A stretch of 48,201 bases of DNA. It comes from Kofleriaceae bacterium. Its GTDB lineage: Bacteria; Myxococcota_A; Polyangia; Haliangiales; Haliangiaceae. The notes under the pieces were generated by a model that saw only the letters and a list, made by a program, of their open reading frames with translations, searched no databases and was not told the DNA's origin. Both the position numbers and the translations under genes were made by a program. This document shows positions 41,256 to 48,201 of the stretch, piece by piece. The stretch lies in assembly GCA_046597055.1 (NCBI GenBank), contig JBKJLC010000134.1, positions 1 to 48,201 on the forward strand. Reading direction: 5' to 3'. Position 1 is the stretch's first letter, and every line of letters starts with the position of its first letter.

Positions 41256-43348
41256 GACCGCACCTCGAGTCCAGGGGTCGCGCCGGGTCGGCGACGCACC
41301 ATCGCGACGGTCGGAGCCGGGCCCGCGACCGACAGTCGGCGGCGCACGACCTCGACCGTGGTCGAGTCGGCACCGCGCATCACCTTGATCGACACCGAGG
41401 AGCCGGCCGCACCGCGCAGGCGGGCGATGACCTCGTCGAGCGCCGCCGCGCTGACATCGACGCCGCCGACCGCCAGCACCCGATCGCCGACGCTCAGGGC
41501 GCCGTCGGCCGGGCTGCCCGGCAGCACGCTGGCGACCACCGGCCCGGCGGCGCTCACCGCCAGCACGACGCCGACGCCGTCGACCAGGCCGTCGCCCTTG
41601 CGCAGCTCGACCTCGATCGCCGGGGCATCGGCGGCGACGACCGCGCTCACCCAGGTCGAGCCGTAGCCGGTGTGGGTGACGCCGATCGCGACCGGCCCGG
41701 GGGCGACCTCGAGGGCGAACCGGCCGCGGGCGTCGGAGGTGGCGGTGACCGCGCCAATCGAGATCTGGGCGCCGCTGACCGGCTGTCCGGCCGCGCGGAC
41801 CGTGCCACGTAACGTGACCGGCGCGGCCAGCGTCACCTTGAGCGTGGTGGTCGCCAGTTCCTTGATCGCGACCCGCGGCAGGCGGACCGGCGCGGCGCCC
41901 GGCGCGGTCACGGTGAGGTCGTACTGGCCCGGCTCCAGGCTGGCGACGCGGAGCGCGGCGCCGCTCTGGCGGAACGACGAGTCGACCGGCGCGTGCGGGG
42001 CGGCGTCGCCTTCGGGCACGAAGCTGTCGATCCGGACCGTGGCGTCGGTCGTACCGGACAGGTCGATCTGCAGGCTTCCGAACCGGCGCAGCACCAGCGT
42101 CGGCGGCAGGTCCCAGCTCTCGACGCGCTGCTCGAGCCGACCGTCGGAGTGGGTGACCTTCACGTGATAGCCAATCTTCTCCGGCACACGAATCTCGAAG
42201 GTGCCCTGTCCGTCGGTGGTGCCGTCATAGCTAGAAGCGGCAATCAACCGCACGCGCGCGCCGGTGACCGGCTCGCCCGCGGTGGTGACCACCGTGCCGA
42301 CCAGCACCAGCTCTTCGACCAGCACCAGCTCCACGCCGTCGCGGCGGGCTCCCGAGGCGAGCTCCTCGACCCAGGTCGGGGCGCGACGCCCGAGCGCGCG
42401 CGCCTCGAGGCGCACGTGACCGGCGGGCATGACCAGCTCGAAGCTGCCATCCGCGCCGCTGTCGAGGGTCTTCTTCTCGTTGACGCCGCCCTCGGTCAGG
42501 GTGGTCAGCGCGACGATGCGCACGCCGGCCGCCGGCTTGGCGCCATCGAGCACGCGGCCGCGGACGACCACGGGATCGGACAGCTTGATCTCGATCTCGG
42601 TCGCCGGGCCGGGAGCGACGTTCGGGACCACCACGATGCCCTGCGCCATCCCGCGAACGCCGCGGACCTTCACAGCACCCGGGAGTGCCGACAGCTCGAA
42701 CCGGCCGGCGCCGTCGGTCTTGCCCGACAGCGTCAGGGCGGCCTCGAGCAGGCCGCGCGAGCCGGCCTCGATCTCGAGGTTGACGTCGGCGTCGGTCACC
42801 ACCGAGCCCCGTGCGTCCACCACGCGGCCGCGAATGGTTACGAGGGGATGGACCACCAGGTCGCGGACCTGCGAATCTTCCGTGGCTGGGAGAAATGCCT
42901 CCGGATACCCGACACCGCTGTCAGACCGAGCGTGGATTTTCCACCAGACTCCGGAGGTGACCTTGATCGAATAGTGGCCGGAACCATCCGCCACTGCTGT
43001 GACCTCGCCCGAATCGTTCATGAAGGCGACCTCGGCTCCAGCAACAGGCGTGCCGGCCCCCGCGGTCCTCACCACGCCCTCGACCTGCACGGGCGGACCC
43101 CCGGGTCGGTTTCGCGGGCCGAACGGGTTCCCGGCACTGGCGCCCCTGCGGGGGCCCACGGGTGCACCGGGTCCGCCGGCCTCGCTCCCCCATGGGTCGC
43201 TGGCACTGACAGGCGCTTGCTTCGAGCGACCGCGGTCACGCGATCCGCGGCTCACCACGAACGTGACGACGCCAGCCGCGACGAGCGCGGCGACGACCAC
43301 GATGCGGGTCCTGCGGTCGATCGATGCCAAGTGACCACTCGTAAACAA
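41249..43348 (-). CDS. Membrane-anchored protein with carboxypeptidase-regulatory-like beta-sandwich repeats and a C-terminal PDZ domain
   Basis: N-terminal TM, about five G.V...G.PV.GA.V...TD..G.F repeats and PDZ (GVGVVL...VLPGSPADG.LSVGDRVLAVGG...LRGAAGSSV). Its stop overlaps the GT2 start. Confidence 0.8.
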   Translation of the reverse strand: MFTSGHLASIDRRTRIVVVAALVAAGVVTFVVSRGSRDRGRSKQAPVSASDPWGSEAGGPGAPVGPRRGASAGNPFGPRNRPGGPPVQVEGVVRTAGAGTPVAGAEVAFMNDSGEVTAVADGSGHYSIKVTSGVWWKIHARSDSGVGYPEAFLPATEDSQVRDLVVHPLVTIRGRVVDARGSVVTDADVNLEIEAGSRGLLEAALTLSGKTDGAGRFELSALPGAVKVRGVRGMAQGIVVVPNVAPGPATEIEIKLSDPVVVRGRVLDGAKPAAGVRIVALTTLTEGGVNEKKTLDSGADGSFELVMPAGHVRLEARALGRRAPTWVEELASGARRDGVELVLVEELVLVGTVVTTAGEPVTGARVRLIAASSYDGTTDGQGTFEIRVPEKIGYHVKVTHSDGRLEQRVESWDLPPTLVLRRFGSLQIDLSGTTDATVRIDSFVPEGDAAPHAPVDSSFRQSGAALRVASLEPGQYDLTVTAPGAAPVRLPRVAIKELATTTLKVTLAAPVTLRGTVRAAGQPVSGAQISIGAVTATSDARGRFALEVAPGPVAIGVTHTGYGSTWVSAVVAADAPAIEVELRKGDGLVDGVGVVLAVSAAGPVVASVLPGSPADGALSVGDRVLAVGGVDVSAAALDEVIARLRGAAGSSVSIKVMRGADSTTVEVVRRRLSVAGPAPTVAMVRRRPGATPGLEVRSC

Positions 43349-43380
43349 GTCTAAGGGCGACCCCGTCGGGCCGCGTCAAA

Positions 43381-43393
43381 TGCAATGGTTGCA
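43381..43393. promoter_or_regulatory. Candidate operator palindrome in an AT-richer divergent promoter region
   Basis: TGCAA-tgg-TTGCA between the divergent starts at 43348 (-) and 43513 (+). Confidence 0.3.
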
Positions 43394-43512
43394 AACTATT
43401 ACGGAAGCCTCCGGAGCACAAGGAATCGTCACTTGGAAGTCCCCCCGGCGTGACCGCCGCCACCGCGACCTGGCAGACATGAGGCGCCGGGGTTGTCCAC
43501 GCGGGGAGGCGG

Positions 43513-44592
43513 GTGTATGGGACGCCCGTGCGTCGTCGACCCATCGCCCTGGTGATCGGCGTCGCACTCGCGCTGGGCCGCGCGGCACTGGCTGAACCGG
43601 CCTGTTCGCTGGAGGGAGCTGGGGACCCGTGTCCTCGATCGGAGACTGTGGCCTCTGTGCCAGGCAGCCCGTGGCTCGATGAGGGGGCGTCAGCGCCAGG
43701 CCTTGATGCCGCGCCCACCGACCTGCGCGACGACCATCGGTGGGGTTCGCTGGTGATCGTGGGCGGCCTCTACGCCGCCTTCAGCACCTGGGCGTACTTC
43801 GCCTGGTACCACGACGTCGAGGGCCTGCCCGCCTTCGAGTACGGCGGCACCGACGGTTACTTCGGCCGGAACACCTACGCCGGCGGCGCCGACAAGCTCG
43901 GCCACGCGTGGGCCAACATGGTGCTGACCCGCGCCGGCAGCCGCGTGCTGCGGTGGGGCGGCTGGCAGCCCCGCACCGCGGTGGTGCTCTCGGCGACGCT
44001 GGCCTCGACGCTGTTCTTCCTGGTCGAGATCAAGGACGGCTATTACTACCGGTTCTCGTACGGCGACGCGTACGCCAACGTCGGGGGTGCCGTCTTCGGC
44101 GCGCTGCTCGAGCTGTCGCCCCGACTCGACGCGCTGCTCGACTACCGGGTCGCGTACTGGCCCAGCCCCGAGTACCTCGGGCTCTGGCGCGGCGAGTACA
44201 ACGGCACCAAGGCCGGCAACAGCCTCAACATCGCGGAGGACTACTCCGGACAGACGCACGTCCTGGCGCTGCACCTCGGCGCGCTGCCGTGGCCGGCGTC
44301 GACGCCGCCGGTGGTGGCGAGCGCGCTCGACTACCTCGACGTCGGCGTCGGGTTCACCAGCCGCCGCTACAAGCCCGACGCGGTGCCCACGGCGATCCCG
44401 CGCCAGCGCCTGTTCGTCGGGGTCGCGATCGACCTGCAGCGCGTGCTGGACCGCCTGCTCGAGCGCCGCAGTCGGACCGGGCGCAAGGTCGCGCACGGCA
44501 TCCTCGAGGTGCTGGCCCCGCCCTACTCGATCCTGCCGGTGGTGGGCACGAGCCGCGCGGCCACGCTGGCCCCCCCGCAGCAGCAGGAGTGA
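43513..44592 (+). CDS. DUF2279/YfiM-like exported or membrane protein
   Basis: Signal peptide and motifs GGADKLGHAW, EIKDG, FSYGD..AN and EDYSGQT. Confidence 0.7.
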   Translation: MYGTPVRRRPIALVIGVALALGRAALAEPACSLEGAGDPCPRSETVASVPGSPWLDEGASAPGLDAAPTDLRDDHRWGSLVIVGGLYAAFSTWAYFAWYHDVEGLPAFEYGGTDGYFGRNTYAGGADKLGHAWANMVLTRAGSRVLRWGGWQPRTAVVLSATLASTLFFLVEIKDGYYYRFSYGDAYANVGGAVFGALLELSPRLDALLDYRVAYWPSPEYLGLWRGEYNGTKAGNSLNIAEDYSGQTHVLALHLGALPWPASTPPVVASALDYLDVGVGFTSRRYKPDAVPTAIPRQRLFVGVAIDLQRVLDRLLERRSRTGRKVAHGILEVLAPPYSILPVVGTSRAATLAPPQQQE

Positions 44593-44595
44593 CGA

Positions 44596-46857
44596 CTACT
44601 CGCCGTCGGGAGGCTCGCCGGCGGCGCGGATCCGCTCGGCCAGCCAGGTGAACCGGGCCCGCGCGGTCGCGTTGCGCACCGCCAGCCCGACCGCGCGGCG
44701 CGAGCCGACGATGACGACCAGCTGCTTGCCACGGGTGACCGCGGTGTAGAGCAGGCTGCGGCCGAGCATCATGAAGTGCTGGGTCGCCAGCGGCACGACC
44801 ACCGCCGCGTACTCCGAGCCCTGGCTCTTGTGGATGCTGACCGCGTACGCGAGCACCAGCTGATCGAGATCGGCGCGCTCGTAGTCGGCGGCGCGACCGT
44901 CGCCGAGCGCGACCCGCAGCCGCCCGCCCTCGGCGTCGATCGCCTCGATCACGCCGATGTCGCCGTTGAAGACGTTGCGGTCGTAGTCGTTCTTGAGCTG
45001 CATCACCTTGTCGCCGACGCGGAAGGTGCGCTCGCCGCGGACCAGCTCGGCCGCGCCCTCGCGCGGCGGGTTGAGCCGCGCCTGCAGCGCCTGGTTGAGC
45101 GCGGTGGTGCCGAGCTCGCCGCGGTGCATCGGCGCCAGCACCTGGATGCCGGTCAGGCGATCGAAGCCGAACTTGCCCGGGATGCGCTCGGCCACCAGCT
45201 CGACCACGGTGTCGCGCGCGGCCTGCGGGTCGTCGCGGCCGATGAAGTAGAAGTCGCTGTCGGTCGGCGCGGTCTCGAGGTCGGGGACCTGACCGGCGTT
45301 GATCTGGTGGGCGCTGGTGACGATGCGGCTCTGCGCAGCCTGCCGGAAGATCTCGGTCAGGCGCACCACGGTGGCCGCGCCCGAGGCGATCACGTCGGAC
45401 AGCACCGCGCCGGCGCCGACCGACGGCAGCTGGTCGATGTCGCCGACCAGGACCAGCTGGGCCCGCGGCGCGATCGCGACCACCAGCGCGCGGAACAGCG
45501 CGAGATCGACCATCGAGGTCTCGTCGACGACGATCAGATCGGCCTCGAGCGGGTTCAGCCCGTTGCGCGCGAACTCGCCGACCTGCGGCTGGTACTCGAG
45601 CAGGCGGTGGAGCGTGACCGCCTCGGCCCCGGTCGACTCGGCCAGCCGCTTGGCGGCGCGGCCGGTCGGCGCCGCCAGCGCGACCTTGCGGCGGTTGCGG
45701 CCGGCGAGATCGACCACCGCGCGGACGATCGTCGTCTTGCCGACGCCGGGCCCCCCGGTGATGACGACGCACTTCTCGAGCGCGGCGGCGACCACCGCCT
45801 GGCGCTGCTGGGGCGCGAGGGTGAGCCCGGTCGCGGTCTCGAAGTGAGCGACCGCCTGGTCGACGTCGACCACCATCGCGCGGGTCGGCGTGCGCACCAG
45901 ATCCGCGAACGCGATCGCCGCCTCCATCTCCATCGCGGTCACCGCGGCCAGCGCCACGCACCGGCCGCGGTCGCCGAGGATCTCGCGGGTGACCAGGTGC
46001 TGGGCCTCGAGCTGGTCGACCGGGCCCGGGAGCTGGTCGCGCGGGATCGCGAGGATCTCGGCGGCGCGATCGAGCAACAGGTCCTCGGGCACGTGGGTGT
46101 GGCCGTCCTCGACCTGCTCGCCGAGCACGTGGATGAGGCCGGCGCGCAGGCGCTCGGGCGCGTCGCGGGCCAGCCCGAGCTTCTCGGCGATCGCGTCGGC
46201 GGTGCGAAAGCCGATGCCCCACACCTCGGCGGCCAGCCGGTACGGATTCTCGCTGACGATGCGGATCGCGTCCTTGCCGTACTTCTTGACGATGCGGATC
46301 GCGGTGGCCGGCGCGATGCCGGTGCCGTGCAGGAACACCATCACGTCCTGCACGTGGGTGTACTCGGCGAACGCCGCGGCGATCTTGCGGGCGCGCCCCG
46401 GCCCGATGCCGGAGACCTCGGTGAGCCGGGTCGAACCCGACGTGATCACCTCGAGCGTGTCCATGCCGAAGTGCGCGGTCAGGCGGCGCGCCAGCTCGGG
46501 ACCGATGCCGTGGATCATGCCGGAGCCGAGGAAGCGCTCGATGCCGACCAGGGTCTCGGGCGTGCGCCGCTGCGAGTGCGCGACCTTGAACTGGCGGCCG
46601 AAGCGCCGGTCCTCGACCCAGCGGCCGCGCAGCCGCACCGGCATGCCCTCGGGGATGCCCCACAGCACCTCGCCGAGCACGGTGGCCTCGCCGGCCTCGG
46701 TCTCGAGCCGCGCGATCTTGAAGCCGCTCTCCTCGTTGGAGAACACGGTGCGGCCGAGCACGCCGTCGAGCGTCGTCAGCTCGGCGTCGCCACCGCCGGC
46801 GTCGTCGCGCTTGAACAGCGAGCGCTGCTCACGTCGATCGTCGCCACCGGCGGCCAT
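44596..46857 (-). CDS. recD2: RecD2 (RecD-like SF1B helicase)
   Basis: N-terminal OB and HhH repeats (GIGP), [42 protein letters not shown] and [14 protein letters not shown]. Confidence 0.93.
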   Translation of the reverse strand: MAAGGDDRREQRSLFKRDDAGGGDAELTTLDGVLGRTVFSNEESGFKIARLETEAGEATVLGEVLWGIPEGMPVRLRGRWVEDRRFGRQFKVAHSQRRTPETLVGIERFLGSGMIHGIGPELARRLTAHFGMDTLEVITSGSTRLTEVSGIGPGRARKIAAAFAEYTHVQDVMVFLHGTGIAPATAIRIVKKYGKDAIRIVSENPYRLAAEVWGIGFRTADAIAEKLGLARDAPERLRAGLIHVLGEQVEDGHTHVPEDLLLDRAAEILAIPRDQLPGPVDQLEAQHLVTREILGDRGRCVALAAVTAMEMEAAIAFADLVRTPTRAMVVDVDQAVAHFETATGLTLAPQQRQAVVAAALEKCVVITGGPGVGKTTIVRAVVDLAGRNRRKVALAAPTGRAAKRLAESTGAEAVTLHRLLEYQPQVGEFARNGLNPLEADLIVVDETSMVDLALFRALVVAIAPRAQLVLVGDIDQLPSVGAGAVLSDVIASGAATVVRLTEIFRQAAQSRIVTSAHQINAGQVPDLETAPTDSDFYFIGRDDPQAARDTVVELVAERIPGKFGFDRLTGIQVLAPMHRGELGTTALNQALQARLNPPREGAAELVRGERTFRVGDKVMQLKNDYDRNVFNGDIGVIEAIDAEGGRLRVALGDGRAADYERADLDQLVLAYAVSIHKSQGSEYAAVVVPLATQHFMMLGRSLLYTAVTRGKQLVVIVGSRRAVGLAVRNATARARFTWLAERIRAAGEPPDGE

Positions 46858-46917
46858 GGCGCATCATGGCATGGTCGCCGCTCGACCCACCACCGGGCGA
46901 GGATGCGCCGCGCGTCG

Positions 46918-47799
46918 TCACCGGAAGATCAGCGAGCGATGGGCGGCGACCCCGGCGCGCGCGCCCTCGGCGACCGCGAACGCGATGCTGCCAGCCGCGG
47001 TCGCCATGTCACCGGCCGCGAACACGCCCGGGACCGTGGTCTCGCGCATCGGGTCGGTCTTCAGGAACGCGCCGAGCGGTCCGTCCTCGAGCTCGCAGCC
47101 GAGCTGCGCCGCCAGCGAGCTGGCGATCCGGATCGCCGGCGCCGCGAACAGCCCGGCGAACGCGAGGCGACGGCCGTCGACCAGCCGGATCTCGGCGACG
47201 CCCTCGATGGCCGCGACCGGGGTGCGCTCGATCGTGACCCCGCGGCGCTCGAGCTCGCGCAGCTCGTCGGCATCGGGCTCGTGCACGCCGCGCGTGAAGT
47301 AGGAGGTCGGCCCCCAGTCGGGCAGCATCATCGCCTGGTGGAACGAGTGCGCGCCGGTGGCGAGCACGCCGATCGCGCCGCCGTCGAGCTCGTAGCCATG
47401 ACAGTACGGACAGTGGAAGACGTGCCGGCCCCAGCGCTCCGCGAGGCCCGGGAGGTCGGGCAGATCGTCGACCACGCCGGTCGCGAGCACGACCCGCTTG
47501 CCGTGCAGCACCTCGCCGGACGCGAGCATGACCGCGAAGCCGTCGCCCTCGGCGCGGGCCGCGACCGCCTCGCCGCCGAGCCAGGTCACGGTCGGATACG
47601 CGAGCAGCTCGAGCCGGGCCGCGGCCGCGATCGCCGCCGGGTCGCGACCGTCCTGCCCGAGGAAGCCGTGGGCCGCTGCCGCGAAGCGGTTGCGCCGCTG
47701 GCCGGTGTCGACCACGACCACCCGCCGGCGCGCGCGCGCGACCTGCAGCGCCGCCGAGATGCCGGCATAGCTCCCACCGACGACGATCACGTCGCGCAT
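46918..47799 (-). CDS. Thioredoxin-reductase-like FAD-dependent oxidoreductase (CPYC type)
   Basis: VGGSYAG, LATG, HCPYCHGYE and TTVPGVFAAGD. Confidence 0.88.
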   Translation of the reverse strand: MRDVIVVGGSYAGISAALQVARARRRVVVVDTGQRRNRFAAAAHGFLGQDGRDPAAIAAAARLELLAYPTVTWLGGEAVAARAEGDGFAVMLASGEVLHGKRVVLATGVVDDLPDLPGLAERWGRHVFHCPYCHGYELDGGAIGVLATGAHSFHQAMMLPDWGPTSYFTRGVHEPDADELRELERRGVTIERTPVAAIEGVAEIRLVDGRRLAFAGLFAAPAIRIASSLAAQLGCELEDGPLGAFLKTDPMRETTVPGVFAAGDMATAAGSIAFAVAEGARAGVAAHRSLIFR

Positions 47800-48200
47800 C
47801 AGGCGGCCCTCCGGGCGCGGGGGTGGCGGCGCTGCACGTCGGCGGCGACCGCGGCGAGCGTGACCGCGCGCAGCCGCTTCACCAGCAGGGCCTCGGCCTC
47901 GCCGAACGCGCCCCGCATCGCGCGGTTGACCGCCTGCTCGACCAGGCAGCCCGGGCGCTCGCTGCGATCGCCCATCGCGAAGATGGTCGGCGCGCCCAGC
48001 GCGTCGTAGACGTCGCCGAGCGACAGCTTCGCCAGCGGCCGCACCAGCGTCCAGCCGCCGCCGTGGCCCTTCTCCGAGCGGACCAGCCCGGCCTCGCGCA
48101 GCCCGGCCATGGTCCGGCGCACCACCGCCGCGTTGCCCCCGCCCTGCTGGGCCAGCTCGTCGGACGTGAGCGGCCGCCCGGCCTCGGCCATGTGCAGGAG
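47799..48200 (-). CDS. Rrf2-family transcriptional regulator; 5' end lies outside the window
   Basis: LLHM...TSDELA...VVRRTMAGLREAGLVRSEKGHGGGW...LGDVYDALG and CLVEQAV; TGATG overlap with the oxidoreductase. Confidence 0.88.
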   Translation of the reverse strand, partial: LLHMAEAGRPLTSDELAQQGGGNAAVVRRTMAGLREAGLVRSEKGHGGGWTLVRPLAKLSLGDVYDALGAPTIFAMGDRSERPGCLVEQAVNRAMRGAFGEAEALLVKRLRAVTLAAVAADVQRRHPRARRAA

Positions 48201-48201
48201 C

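Overview
Very GC-rich chromosomal window that looks myxobacterial (inferred from PEGA, FHA-sigma54, TIGR02266-type PilZ and Hanks-kinase families and many Cys-rich lipoproteins). It holds about 40 mostly envelope, regulatory and housekeeping genes: a cobalamin riboswitch-TonB receptor-beta-propeller lipoprotein unit, a sensor kinase plus PilZ-receiver, YdeP/FdhF, RecQ, RadC, RecD2, tolQRAB without an adjacent pal, an ECF/anti-sigma pair, a Ser/Thr kinase, pfkA, an SDR, and an Rrf2/TrxB-like pair. The best candidate for an undescribed system is a tightly coupled minus-strand operon at 38648-43348: a beta-sandwich-repeat/PDZ membrane protein, a NodC/HasA-like processive GT2 synthase, a membrane-fusion-protein-like coiled-coil partner and a lipoprotein cytochrome c. 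It may make and export a GlcNAc-based glycan. Also notable are a rhomboid pseudoprotease, a CAP/PR-1 gene with an internal frameshifting deletion, a three-gene lipoprotein paralogue array divergent from tolQ, and two families of REP-like palindromes including a complex repeat array at about 33.9-34.3 kb. No rRNA, tRNA, CRISPR array or transposase was seen. All family calls come from motif recognition, not database searches.
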